Positions 31,411 through 45,319 of a stretch of 64,000 bases of DNA are shown here, one piece after another. Position 1 is the stretch's first letter. The number at the start of each line of letters is the position of its first letter. The DNA is from the human T2T-CHM13v2.0 reference genome, Homo sapiens. The position numbers were made by a program, and so were the translations under genes. The stretch lies in the NCBI RefSeq assembly GCF_009914755.1, contig NC_060927.1; one strand, 5' to 3'. The notes under the pieces were generated by a model, which was given only the letters and a program-made list of their open reading frames with translations, was not told the DNA's origin and searched no databases.

Positions 31411-31581
31411 AAATATTTACCAGAAAATCAGGGACCATGACCTCCTGGACAAAAGGAAAACAGTCACAGCACTGAAGGCAGGAGAGGACCGAGCTATTCT
31501 CCTGGGACTGGCTATGATGGTGTGCTCCATCATGATGTATTTTCTGCTGGGAATCACACTCCTGCGCTCATACATGCAGAG
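31411..31581 (+). CDS. KCNMB2: KCNMB2 coding exon 2: cytoplasmic chain and TM1 (NIYQKIRDHDLLDKRK...GEDRAILLGLAMMVCSIMMYFLLGITLLRSYMQ)
   Basis: Acceptor tttttaacctcag|A and donor GAG|gtaata. 171 nt, phase 2-2, in frame with the previous exon. Contains the GEDRA motif and a hydrophobic TM segment. Not in the ORF track on the + strand. Confidence 0.97.
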
Positions 31582-31764
31582 GTAATACCACTGGGTGGGT
31601 GGGACCCTGCTGTTTGTCTCCTGCTCCATCCTCCCCCATCACTTAGGCAACCCTAAGGTCATCTTCCTCACCTTCTTTCCTGATAAGAACTTTGAGAAGT
31701 TCCTGGTAAATAATACTTTTCAATAATGTTATCTAATAATAATGATACATATAGCTCTATGTAT

Positions 31765-31965
31765 AATCTGGATACCAGGTGTCAAAGACTTCTACTTCTT
31801 TAATTATCACAATTACTCTATAAGGTAAGTATAAATATACTCATTATAAAAACGGCAAAACTGAGGCTCAAGAGAGATATGATTTCCCCAGTGTCATACA
31901 GCTCTTGCTTGTGGCAGAGCTAAGATTCAAGCCCACATCTCGCTTATTCCAAAGTCACTGTTCCT
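31765..31965 (-). mobile_element. MIR
   Basis: aaaactgaggctcaagagag...gtggcagagctaagattcaagccca. Confidence 0.65.
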
Positions 31966-32042
31966 GCCACTTCACACTTCTGTCCGTTCCCCACCCTCCT
32001 CCCTTTTCCACCCCAACCAACCCCTCCCTCACCTTCCACGTG

Positions 32043-32222
32043 AGTGGTTCTCAACTGTATATTCCAATTTCCCCAGAAACTCTTAAAAATGCTAATACCC
32101 AGCCCCCATCATCATCAACCCAGAAGGTCAGATTTAATTGGTCCGGAGTGGGACCCAGTCACCAGTATCTATTAAAGCTCCCCAGGTTGTTCTAATGGGC
32201 CTTCTAGGCTGAGAAACACTGC
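32043..32222. mobile_element. MER5A-like MITE
   Basis: Termini agtggttctcaa...tgagaaacactg; internal aagctccccaggttgttctaatg. Confidence 0.7.
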
Positions 32223-34000
32223 TATGCATCAACTTTTAAAAATAACAGATTTTGAATCTTTTCATTTCAATATTTGCTGTAGGTGTATTGAATGGATAGG
32301 GAGGCAAATAAATTGTGGGATAGCAAGTGTACTCCTGTCCTCAGTAAGCCATGTAGTAAATCCCACCAGCATCTCTAGCTAACTGTTGTCCATAAATTGG
32401 ACACTCTAAACACAGGCAAGCCCAGCCCTGATGTATCGAATGAAGTCTCACAGCAGTTCAGCTTAAAGAAACAAGACCTTTTCAAATGAAAAATTGAGGT
32501 TTCAATCCAAAAGAAAATGAAACCATTTTGTGGCATTTGTTTCTCCATCTAAATTAATACTTTCATTTTAGAAGCAAAATCTAGCTGAAATACAGTAATT
32601 TGCTGAAATTAAGGCATCGTCTTTCACATTTGTGGCTGCTCTGCTCTGTTTCTCTGATGGCCTTCAGCTGTGCTCATTTTCTATGAAAGTGCTGATGCCT
32701 CAGGCCCCAAGTGGTCGTTGATTCCAAAATGCTTTCAGCTCTTCACATCTGGTTAGAACCATCAGAGACTTTTTCCTCAGTATATAAGCAAAATGTGACC
32801 ACCCATGTTCCAGGAAAATACAGTTTGCCACACCAAGGGAGGGGATCAGGTCTAGTATCCTGCTTCTGGAATAAAACTTCACACATGCAAAGGGGTAGGA
32901 AGCTGTGGATGCCTGTCCAACAAAAGGAAAGCGTATTAATCTGCAAAGAAAACATGTTTTCCCATTGCTATGGTGATCAGCTTATACCCAAAACCAAACC
33001 ATCAATTGCTGGTGTGTTAATTCCTAATTACAAATGTTAATCTTGATCATAAAATTAAAGGTATTTTTAAATGACCAGTTGACCAATGGGCAGCTGGAAT
33101 CCTTCCAGGTGAGAGATAACAGGGCACCCTTATTCATCCATTAGTCTGCATAAAAGGGTTTCTTTTCCATTGTGTTTGTGGGGAGACAGCAAAACACAAT
33201 AGAATGAGCCTGGGCCTTAGAGAATTACAAGATTGGATCACAATTTCCAACACTTACTGCCCATATGTCCTTGCATATGTCATGGGATTTCTCAGTTCAC
33301 TCACTTTTAAAAAGAAATTACTACCCAACTTGCACAGCTGTTGAGAGAACAAAAGAAGGTAATGTATGTAAATTACCAATTAGGGTGAAAGGAATGTGCA
33401 GTAAGTGATTGCTCATGACATAATGAAAGGGTTGAGTTATCTTTTTTCCCTTATTAGAAAGACCTTAAGGCATTCTGTCACTGTCCTTCCATCTCTGTCA
33501 AGCTGGACCACATGACCCTCCACTCCTTTGCCATCTCTCCCCTCCTTCTCCCTCACACCTTCTGTGCCTACAAACTGGGCTGGGGAGGGAGCTGGGATGC
33601 AGAAAGTACAAAGTAAAACATACAGAGGTAGGGGCTGGAGCATGTCAAGAAGCTGCCTACAATGTAGAAATACAGGGTGAGGACAGGTGATGATTTTAAA
33701 GTATGCCTCATGTTACCAGTGAGTTCCATAAGGGAAAAAAGAACTTAAGTCAAGCACTGGAGAATACCATATCCAATGGAAGTCATTGAAAACGTTCTCA
33801 CGTGTCCACGTTTGTCTATGTTATACGGTAGTTTGCTTAAAGCTGTTCTATTCGAAGGCCTAAACTTTACACAGATAGATCATATTAGAGATTTAGAAAA
33901 GATTTTTCAGCTTCAGGAGATGAGAAATAATTCCCTCGGACTATACCTTTCTCACTATTAGCTCTTGGGCCTGTGTTTACTCTCACCCCTTTCTCTGCAG

Positions 34001-34196
34001 CGTGTGGACCGAAGAGTCTCAATGCACCTTGCTGAATGCGTCCATCACGGAAACATTTAATTGCTCCTTCAGCTGTGGTCCAGACTGCTGGAAACTTTCT
34101 CAGTACCCCTGCCTCCAGGTGTACGTTAACCTGACTTCTTCCGGGGAAAAGCTCCTCCTCTACCACACAGAAGAGACAATAAAAATCAATCAGAAG
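34001..34196 (+). CDS. KCNMB2: KCNMB2 coding exon 3: extracellular loop (VWTEESQC...KINQK)
   Basis: Acceptor cccctttctctgcag|C and donor AAG|gtagga. 196 nt. Cys-rich loop with N-glycosylation sequons NAS, NCS and NLT. Confidence 0.97.
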
Positions 34197-34746
34197 GTAG
34201 GAACTTGGCGTACTGCATTTCAGTTACCCCACAGAGCTTCACACCAGGCTCTCTGCCTCTGAAGTTCCCCTTTGCCAGCATTTCAAAGGAAAATACTTCC
34301 AGGAAGCAGAGCCTGCCTCTTCCATTCAGAGAACTTGCTATGTGACTCTTGCCTAGAAAATATTTATTTTCTGTGCAAGTTGTGGACAAATCATTCCTAC
34401 ATTTGTGGTAGTGCAGATTTAGCTTTCACTTCCATTTGAAAGGGTAAATATTAATATATCTTTACACAAATAGACTGAGTCTTTCAAAGCAAGTATGCAA
34501 CTTAGAGATGTACAAGACAAAACCATGTGTTTGTCCTGTACCTGGGAACCATCAGGTAAAGGTGTATTCTGTTTGTCCATGGTCAATGTCATTTAGTTCT
34601 GTGACCTCAGGGATATAACAACCTTTCTGATCCTCAGCTTCCTTTTCTCTAAAAAGTAACAAATGGCCACCTTGCAAGGTCCTTATGAAGATGAGTCCTG
34701 AGCATGTACAATGTTAAGCAGAGCATGCTACTTTCAACCCATGGTC

Positions 34747-34748
<2 letters not shown>

Positions 34749-34796
<48 letters not shown>
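34749..34796. repeat. (TG)24 microsatellite ~550 nt downstream of coding exon 3
   Basis: Seen directly. Confidence 0.95.
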
Positions 34797-34798
<2 letters not shown>

Positions 34799-35719
34799 CT
34801 TCACATATGTTATATTCATAGAGGCTGAATTTTCCAGTCCACTAAGATATTCAAGTCCACATGGTAGATATTCAACGAATGTGTATTTTATTAAAGCTTT
34901 ACATAAAATTTACATTTATAAGGTCTGGGATGACCAGGAAGGTGTCAGCAGAACCAACTTGCCATTACAATTTTAAGTTAAATATATTGAGTTTTGGATT
35001 TGTGGTAACAATTCGATATGCAGAATAATCTCATATGCCAAGACAACTCGATGCCACTCTTGGCTCTTATTACCAGGATAAACCCTTCTGACCTCTAATC
35101 TTTCTTGTAAAAGCTTTTCTTTTCATTAAATTGTCAGCACTTAAATGATATAACTTATAGTTATTGAAAAAAATGCAGTAGATTCAAGGTTCAATACTAG
35201 CACATAGAGAGTGAATGGGATTTGTTTCTGATAAACCCACCTTGAACTTTTGTTACAATAACTTAAAGGAATTCTTGCAAATATCTCTGAGGACTCAACA
35301 TAATAAATATTTCAGAGAATGTTGTTTGAAAATGCTGGCTCTGATTTTCTTTCATTTGTAGTAGCCACAAATAATACCAGTCCCAGCGCTGTGCTGCAGT
35401 ATGTAAAGCCTAGCTCTCTCACAAAGTGCTTGTCTTTCAAGATCTTCCCTTAAGTCAGATCTTAAAATCAAAGCTGACCAGTAATGACAAATGCCTATAA
35501 AACTCTTAAACCTGAATAGGCATCAAAAAGTGGGACATATTTTCATTTCCTCATTTTGACAATTTATCACTACAGCCCTGTGAATGCATTATTTAGGCTA
35601 TAAACGGAGAGGGAAGCTACCAATAAATGTCCCAGATATGTATTCAGGACTGGTACCTTATTTGCTCTCAGCATAATACTAGGTCATCATTTGTTTTATT
35701 GGCCCCACTATCTTGTTTT

Positions 35720-38700
35720 TTAAAGTAAATTATAACATACAGAACTGTGCATGAAATGAAAAAGTACAGCTCAAGTATGACAAACAGATTCGTAACCACC
35801 GTGTAACCACCTTAAGGGTAAAGAAATACAACATTTTCTGTACCCCAAAAACACCCTACATGCCCCCTCTCAATAACTACAGGCTCTGCCTCCACCAAAG
35901 ACAACTATCCTGACTGTTTATGGCAATTACTTTCTTACTTTCCTTTGTACTTTTATCACCTAAGGATATATCCTTAAACATATATATTTTGTTAATAGTT
36001 TTGCCTCATTTTTAAGCATTATATAAATGGAATCACATAGAATACTTTCCTTTCTGTCTGGTTTTCTTCACATAGCGTTATGTTTGTTAGATTTATTCCA
36101 TTTGGTTACAGTTCATTCATTTTCATTACTGTATCATATTCCATTGTATGAGTATGTCTGTTTATTTATTCATTCTACTGCTGATGGACATTTTGAATTG
36201 TCTATAGTTTGGGACTACTACAAGTAATTCTACCATGAATATTCTCATATATGTCTCTGGTGCACAAGCACACACACTTCCATCGGGTATAAACCTGGGA
36301 ATGGAATATTTAAATCATAGAGTATCCATATCTTAAAGTTAAGTAGATAATGCCAAGTAGTTTTCCAAAATGTATATGCAAATATACATTCTCACCAACC
36401 CTATGGGTATGAGAGTTCTTACTGCTCCAAATCTTTGCCAACATTTGGTAATATCTGTAATTTTAATTTAGCTAATGTAGTGATATTTCCTCATGATTCT
36501 GATGACTAATGTTATCAAGTGCCTTTTCATTTATTTATTGGCCATTTGGGTATCCATTTTGGGCAGTGTCCGTGCAAGTTGTTTGCCCATTTTTCTGTGG
36601 AATTGTTTCTTCTTTACATTCAATATAGGAATCATTTAAATATGAACCTCTGTTGGTTATATGTGTTGTAAATATCTTCTCGCATTATGTGGCCTTTTCA
36701 CTCTCTGAATGTCTTTCAGTGGAAGAAACTTCTAATTTCAGTGTAACCAGATTTTGTCAATCTTTTTCTTTCTGTTCAGTGCTTTTGCTGTTCTGTTTAA
36801 GTCTTATGTCCACCCTAATATCATAAAGTCATTCTCCTAAATGTCATTCTAGGTGTACTATTGTTTTCCCTTTCATGTATACAGTAAAATCTGACTGGAA
36901 TTAATTTTTATATATGGATCAAGTTTCTTTTTTGTTTGTTTTTTCATATGGACACCCACGTGCTCCAGTCCATTTTTGAAGAGATCACACTTTTCCTCAT
37001 TGAATTATTTTTAGAATCTCATTTCTTCCTCTGTTTTATCAGAAGTTATCTATTCTGTTACTATTCTTTTTAAAGTCAAAAAATAACAGATAATGGTGAG
37101 GTTGCAAAGAAAAAGGAACGCCTATCCACTTTTGGTGGGAAAGTAAACTGGTTCAGCCATTGTGTTCAGAGAACACAAAGCAGAACTATCATTCATCCCA
37201 GCAATCCCAGTATTGGGTATATACCCTGAACAATACAAATTGTTCTGCCACAAAGACACATGTACATGTATGTTCATGGCAGCAGTTCTCACAATAGCAA
37301 AGATATGGAATCAACCTAAATGCCCATCAACAGTGGACAGGATAAAGAAAATGTGGTACATATACACCATGGAATAATACTACGCAGTCATGAAAAAGAA
37401 TGAGATCATGTCCTTTGCAGCAACCATGGATGGAGCTGGAGGTCATCATGCTAAGTAAACTAACACAGGAACAGAAAACCAAATACCACATATTCTCACT
37501 TAAAAGTGGTAGCTAAACATTGAGTACACATGGACATAATGAATGAAAAAGCACACACCAAAGCCTGCTTGAGTGTGGAGGGAGGAAGGAGGGTGAGAAT
37601 TTAAAACTACATAGGGTACTATGCTTATTACCTGGGTGGTGAAATAAACTGTACACCACGCCCCTGTGACATGCAATTTACCTATGTAACAAACCTGCAC
37701 CTAAACCTAAAATAAAACTTCACAACTTGCAATCTTGACTAATCAAAGACACTGAAACATTTTAACTCCACTTTTTTATTCTTTTCCCAACTTATATATT
37801 ATCATTTTTATGTTATGTATACTTGAAGCTCATGTAGACATTACTATTGTTGTTGTATATAGTCAATGTTAATTTACATGGATCCACATTTTTCCATTTT
37901 TATTATTCGTATTCCTTTATCTCTGTTCTTCTATCTAGGATCATCTTTACTAGTATTTATTTTAGTGCAATGACATCCCTAAAAAATGTTCTCATTTTTC
38001 ATTTGTCTGAAAGCATTTTTCATTTTATTTTTCTTCTGGAAGGACACATTCACTGAGTATAAAATTCTAAGTTGGCTATTTTTTTTCCATTGTCTTCTGG
38101 TGAGCATTGTTACTATTCAGAAATCAGCCCTCAGTCTAATTGCTGCTTCTTTGAAAGTAATCTTGGCCTATTTTAAAGATTATTTTATTGGTTTTTCTAC
38201 AGTTTAACTATTATGTGCCAATACATGCAATTATTTTTATTTAGCCTACTTAGCATTAGCATTTCCAGGGCTTCTTTCCCTGCTCCTTAATATTCTTTGT
38301 CAATTTTAGAAAATTCTGTCATTATCTCATCAACATTGTCTGTAGTCATTCTCTGCCTCTTCACCTCTGGGACTCCAGTTGGCCACATACGAGGTTTTCT
38401 CATTGTATCCCCTACATGTCTTATGCTCCCTTTTGTTTTTCTCCCTCCTTTTGTCTCTCTTTACTTCTTTCTGGATACATTCCTATCTTCTAATTCAGCA
38501 ATTCTTTCCTCTGCTCTGCAGATCAACTGTTAAACCCATCCATTGAGTCCTTAATTTCTCTTACTGTATTTTCAATTCTAGAATATCCAACTGAGTCTTG
38601 TTTTATCATTTCTAGTTCTCTGCAATATTTTAATTATTGTCTTTTAAATCTTTCAACATAAAAAGTAAAATTATAGTCATTATAAAGTCTATTTTGATAT

Positions 38701-39200
38701 CTTCACTATTTGAAGCCCATATATACCTGTTCTGTTTTTGTTTTCTCTTGTTTGCTTTCATGTTGTCTTATAATATCTGGCTATGTTTTATTAGGTTTCT
38801 GATATTATATTTGCAAAATTTTTATAAAAAATAACTTCAATACTAGGATAATGTTACAATGTCATCTTTTCCAAAAATTATTTCCACTTACTTCTGCCAG
38901 GTACAAGCCATTCAGGATCACCTCATTCTGACTTCATAAACTGTGATATTCAAATCTGAACTGAAGTCCCTATGAGGACCTATCTATTTCAGGCTGACTA
39001 TTCTCCCAGGATGCAGCCCTTCAGAATCCCAACCCAAAGTGAATAGGGGAATTATCAAGACCCCAGCTTGATAGGCCCACAATCATAATTCCTGCTCATA
39101 GCTCTGCAAGGCTGTCAAAAATGCCAGTTAGCCTCCTGGGCTCTCACCCCTCTTCCACAATCAGCAAATGCTCCCAGGGAAAAAAGGCACCAAACATTTG
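35720..39200 (-). mobile_element. Decayed ancient L1M fragments
   Basis: tataaatggaatcacatag, cattctactgctgatggacatttt, tataaaattctaagttggc. Confidence 0.65.
37073..37718 (+). mobile_element. Older L1PA 3' end nested in the L1M
   Basis: ORF2 C-terminus (WNQPKCPSTVDRIKKMWYIYTME) plus 3' UTR ending atgtaacaaacctgcacctaaacctaaaataaaa. Confidence 0.88.
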
Positions 39201-39986
39201 GCTCACTTTCCTGGCCCAGTGATTCTTTACTTTCTAGAAAGCTAGCCTCTGCTTTTAATCTGAAATATACACACTGAAAATACACAATTATCTCCATGTC
39301 AAAAGGTCATTAAACCATCTTCATGCAAAATGAGGAATATTCAAGATAATTCTGGCAAAAACATAAACAATTTTCAACGTCAACTCCCCTTCCTGTTATC
39401 CTTCCCAAGCTCACCAAAAATAATGGTCTCCCTCACAGTTACCAAGAAATGGGCATGGTTGTATTGAGATACATCAGGCGCTACTGATAATAACTGTCCT
39501 AAGACAATAGGAGGCGAAAGGATATTAGTCAATCTGTCTGCAACTTGGTAGAAAGCATTTTATTTTTACATTTTTACCCTCTCTCACATAGTTTTTCTTT
39601 AGCCTTTAAACCCAGTGCCCAACCTCTTGTCAACATTATGACCGAAGCTGTTTAAGCTGATAAACTGTCATGCTCTCCTGGAGCCACTGGCTGACTAATG
39701 GGCTCTGGGAGCTACAAGAGGGCTCAAGGGTCCCTGCCTCCCTTGGCTACAAGGCTGTCACTAGCATCATAAAAAACAGCAGCTGAGTATTAATTCACTG
39801 TGGTTGTTGCTTGTGAATACCTCAATGCCCATCTCCTTCAGGAGTTTAAAACCTCTTTTACTCACCAGGAATTCCCAAAACATGCCCCTATGATTTGAGG
39901 TTAGATTAAAAATGTAGTTTGGTGCAAAAAAAGGAAGCTATACCCATTTTTTGGTATATGGCATAATACTATATATCTGTTCTGAT

Positions 39987-40075
39987 GATGTAGAAAAATC
40001 CAAATTCAGTTTCTCCTACTATACTCTCACAACACACTGCTAACTCTGGGTGTGTGTGGGGCTTTTCCCCACACA
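39987..40075. mobile_element. Short LTR fragment (MER21-like)
   Basis: tttctcctactatactctcacaacac...tgtgtggggcttttccccacac. Confidence 0.45.
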
Positions 40076-43000
40076 TAATGAAGGTGAGCTCAGAATAATA
40101 AAATAATTTTCCCAGAGTTACACATTCACTAACTAATTATGTCTGAATTAAAATCTAAGTATTTTTACTTCATCATGCTTGCTCTTAAAAGAGTAAAACA
40201 TTAGAGCATCCCCTTGAGAGAATAAAGACAAGAGTTCTGAAAAATCCAAATTCTATGAATTATTTATCCTTCTGATAGATATTTTGGTGAACAGGTGAGA
40301 ATCTACACCATTCCATCCTATTCCAAGAGGCACTTAGGATCAAGTAAGAAACAATGAGCAAGGAATAGAATTATCTGTGATCCATAGGTAAGATTAGGAC
40401 TGTATATTCAGCACCAGTTTATGTAGAGTGGATATTAAACAGATAGAAGCTTACCCTGAAAGGGGCTAAAAAAAAAGTGGGGGCGTGGAGGAGGGGAATA
40501 TGCCCTGAAATTTGGCATTTGACATCCCATAATTAGCATCTTAAATTTGAGATATTTCTTAGACATTTGCTGAAACTGCCTGTAGACCATAGATTCAGAA
40601 ACACTTTGTGACTGACAAAGTTTAGTCACTCCTTACCAAAGTTGAATCTGGGACAGCTGAAGAGGGCACCTTTGTGTATAAGTAAAAGAAAGAATGTGCC
40701 AGAAAGAAGCTGATACTGAGCATCAAGAAGAAAAGCGGGGGAAGGAACCTAGTGCTTTTCAATTGCCAAGACAGAGGGCCATGGTGAAGATTCAAGGTCA
40801 GATTAGATATCAGCCTCACTTTAGGACTAATTGGATACATCAGAATCCTAGGGATTCCATGGTTTAAGCTCTCTGGATATTGTCTAATCCCAAAGCGCCG
40901 AGAAGATTCTATCTCCTTAGTCAATTTCCTAGGTCTTTCAAGTTTCTTCTCTACTCCAAATCAAGCAGAAGTGCCATAATAGATATGAGATCTGTGGGCA
41001 AATACAGGAAAGGAAAATCTCTCTGTAGTGGGACCTTTGTCTCAATACTGAAAGAAACAGTCATGCATAGCAGTGTGAATTCTGTTTTCCTTTTCACTAC
41101 TAAATACTTGGAACGGTCCACTTGCCAAAATCAAGCAGATACTAGAAGTTCAAACTAAACAAGTCTAAGGTAAATGTTGTAGGATCCACTTTTTAAAAAA
41201 GTGACAGTAAAGAGCATGAAGTCTCAAAAGGAGTGGGAAGAAATGAAGTCTCAATTTACTTTCTCGACTCACCTGTTTATCACTAATGTTCAAAAAATTC
41301 AAAAGTTCAAAATATATTTGTGAATCCAAGGCTACCAGCTGGGGAACTATACATTCTTTGAACATTTGAGCTATGTCCCATTCTCAAGCATAGAATGCAA
41401 AGTCTGGTACATTATATATGCTTAATAAATATGTGCACAATATTCATTGTTTGGGAACACTAGAAAAAGTTCCATTGACTTTGGAACTAATAATATTTAT
41501 GTTTCACATGAGCAATGTTTTTTTTTCCATTTTTGGTTTTTGTTTGTTTGTTTGTTTACTTCATGGACATTGTAGACTAGGACCTGGTTACTAAGGAGTT
41601 TTTACAGTACATGTGTGGCCCACCTCTATGATGGTACAGTCTTTACTGAAAGGCTTTTTAGCCACATTCTCAATTCATTTCATCACCCATCTGTGTTTTT
41701 TTCTGTTTCGCTATACATTCTATATTGTTTATGTTTTTGTCACCTATATATAACATGCTACATGGTATATTGGAGCCAACAAATATCGCACGGATTTTAT
41801 CAAATTTCTAACCCCATTTCAAGAATAAGACAATTCCCTCTTTATAAAAAGGCAAATGAAGAACACACCTTTCCCTTGAAGTGATCTGAGAAATGGATAG
41901 CTCCCTTCCTACCATCACAAGGAAAAGGAGGCTGACAGTGAGGTTATTCAGCCAAAAACACTTTCTTACTGCCTCCTCCCTTCCCCACATCTTTTATTTT
42001 TAAGATGAAGGCATGTCACTCTTCGCTTCACACAAGCCTAGTGAGGCATGTCTGAAAAAAAGCCCAACAGGTAATTCTCAAAACTTCTGTCCATCATGAC
42101 AATAAAAATAACTGTTCTGAAAGATTCTGGAAGAGAGGCTAAGGAAAAAAAAATTTAGTCAGTTCCCCAAAAATTGGAGAGAAGATGAAATTGCTGGACC
42201 TTCATTGCCCATGTAAGGGAAAGGATGATCAGAAGACATTGACAGGACCCAAGGTTTTTCAGCTGGGAAAGGAAAGAGCATGATCATGGGTCCATCCCTG
42301 TGGTTTTCAGTACTAAAGAGAAGTTTCTGTCTGTCAAGAATCTAAGGATTGGGAAAAGCAGTAAGATTTTATTAACAAAACTCAGTATTAAGAGAGATGT
42401 AAGTCTAAATCTTCCACTGAATGGCTGCTTCAGAGGTTTGATAGATTTATATAGTCACATGTTAAAGCACAAAAGAAAGAATGACCTATAGCCATGGTAA
42501 AATATTAACATATTTTTTATCAGTACTAAAATATATTGTATATATAAAATTATTACTCATATATTCTTTCTGTTAAATATCATACAGAGTCTAAAAGCTA
42601 AATCTTCCCGTTCCCACACCTCCCACCAAAAAAGAGAGATCTAAAAATGATGGATGTTTATTTTTTCTATCTAAATTACATTTTCCAACTAAGTGTATAT
42701 CTCACTTAGTAAAGTTTTGTTTATTGAAATGCATTCTATGTATTCAAAACCAAAGACATAAAAATACCCTCTGAACACATGATAAAATCATAAGATAACT
42801 AAATCTTCACTCTAAATTCACACCTGCCTAAGAAACATACTCATGGCTATCATTTGAGCCACAGAAACAAAAACCTAGGCTCCTAGTGTAGAATTCAGCA
42901 CAATGCAAATCTCCTAAGACAAAAAGGCAAGGGACATGAGATGACAGCCATTAAACAGGACTGCTTCTGTGAAAACCATGCAGCTAGTAATTTTCTCGTC

Positions 43001-45319
43001 TTAGAGATTTCATAGTTTATTATGTGATGCTTGATTGACGACTTTTAGATGATCATGTGGACAAATGTGAAATTCCAATAGAAAAACATGTTAATGAAAA
43101 TTTATTGAGGCTTTATGCATATTCATCACTTAATCCTCACAAAAAAAACCCTGCCATGAAGGCTCTATTAACCCCATTATATAGTTTCAAAAAAATTGAT
43201 TCTGAGAGGCCACATAACTTGCCTACAGTCACACAGTAACCAGATCTCCTGAGCACAAGTTAGGAGCTTGTTATACTACTCATATATTCATGATCACCAA
43301 AGGACTTATCAATAATAAAAGTACATGACTGATTGACAAATAGTAGAATTTTCATTTTCAGGGACAGTTAATGGTCTAGTGACAGCTGGTTTATATGTAT
43401 GTTGAAAAATGACAAGATGAGAAAGAGCTAAAAACACCAGGGCAGAGGACCTTTTCTCCACTGGTATCTGTCTGTTGCTCATATGTGTACCATTGGCCCT
43501 GAGGTCCCACAATCAATCAAGTATGGACCATGCCTCATCCATCCAGCCCACATGCATGCAATGAAAGCCCAATGGCTTTCAACTTTAATTACCAGCTCCT
43601 GTATTACAGTTCTGCCAGATGTTCTCAGTGGTAGTTTATATGAAGAATCTTACCTAGTGACAGAATTATTGCCATTTGTCTGACAAATGTTTCTTTAAAA
43701 ATCTATATTTTTAAGCTGAATCAATTCACAAAAGCATAAGAAAAGGAAAAACTTCACTTTCAATGGAATGCCATTTTTACTGAGATCATTTCAATAACTT
43801 AGCACTGTTCACCACTGAAATTGCTACTATAAACTATCTTGGCACAAAAATATACAGATACCTGAAGCATTCATAATCTAAATTGGCTTGGTTTAAATTC
43901 AACCAGAAATGGTTTGTCTGTTATTTTTTAAATGCTTTGGTTCAAAAAACATTTCTAAAAATGTTAAAGAAATGATCAGGGCATCTTTGAAGATGTCCAT
44001 TTTTGAAGGACAAAAATAAAGGTATTCCCACACTGCCTTACACCCTTTTGATCCAGAGGCATCTAACTGGTAGGAAATTTGCTTCATGGCAGTCAAAGTC
44101 CAGTTTTCATACTAAATTATAACTGATTGAAAAATTCTGCTTTCTTGGTGATAACTTTCACCCCCTTAATGCCTTGCTAGTACCAGGGGATTCTCTGCTC
44201 TACTCACCTATACAAATGTATTCACATTTATTCTTAGCTGGTTAAATTTTAAGGTGTCAACCAGACCTTGCTACAAGAACAGCACATTAAACGTGGTTTA
44301 CGATAAATGCCAGCATGCTCATCCTCCATTCTTAACTAATCAAAGAAACTTCCTGCTGTTTATAGTCAAATAATTCAATGACTACAGCTCAGCAAAAAAA
44401 AAAAAAAAGCAAGGTGCCTGTGTGCCCACTGATAAAGTCATGGGAAAGAGTAATTCAAATATATTTCATTAGCCAAAACTCTTTGTTTTTTAAATACTTT
44501 GTTCCTGGGAAATCTACTGGTCTAAATTTTTCTGAAATTTCAGGCTTCTACCCCAAAACCTATATCAATGTACCTCAAAGTTCACCCGCTTCCTTATCTG
44601 TGTCTCTGCATATAGTCATGGAGGTTGTGCATTGCACAGAGGTACCAATCACATTGTAAAAGTCATATATGTGAATATTTATAGTTACAATGCAAAAATT
44701 GGTAAATGACAGTAAGACGTGAGTTTTATAAAAAAAATAAGTTTATTAGGATAATTTTCCAACTGAAAATTATAATGTTTTGAAGAAGGAGCACAGTGTT
44801 TCAACTCACACTAAAACACTGTATAGATAAGCAGTGATTCTGTCAGAAACCAATTTAATTCTGATAAATCAGATAAGTTAATCATTTGATTACATAAGGG
44901 GCAGGACAGTAAAAAGTCTATTGAGAGGTTCTTACCAATAGAGAAGAGAGTTAACCAAAAACCCAAACATCTCCCAGAAAAGTGATTTAAATCACTTTTT
45001 TCCAAACTTAAAAAAAAAAACCCTCATTATTATATCAGTTTTGTCATGGCACATTTATAAACCAAGGAAAATAAGTCACAGAGATTTCCTCAGAGATAGC
45101 TTTTTTAATTAAAAATGTGTCCAACTATATCTAACATAAAATAAAAAGAAAAACTACAAAAAAGTGATTTAATTCCATCTGTATCTAGATAAGAAAGAGG
45201 AGAAAGGGAAGTGTGAACAGGAAGAGGAACAGAGAGAAAGATTTAAAGCCAGGTGGGGGTTGAGGGAAGGGCAAGGAAGGAGGAGATACAAAAGAAAACA
45301 AAATCCAAAGATACAAGTG

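Noticed and set aside
33885-34166. Antisense ORFs over coding exons (also 31417-31629 and 48622-48825)
   Set aside because: Shadow frames of real exons.
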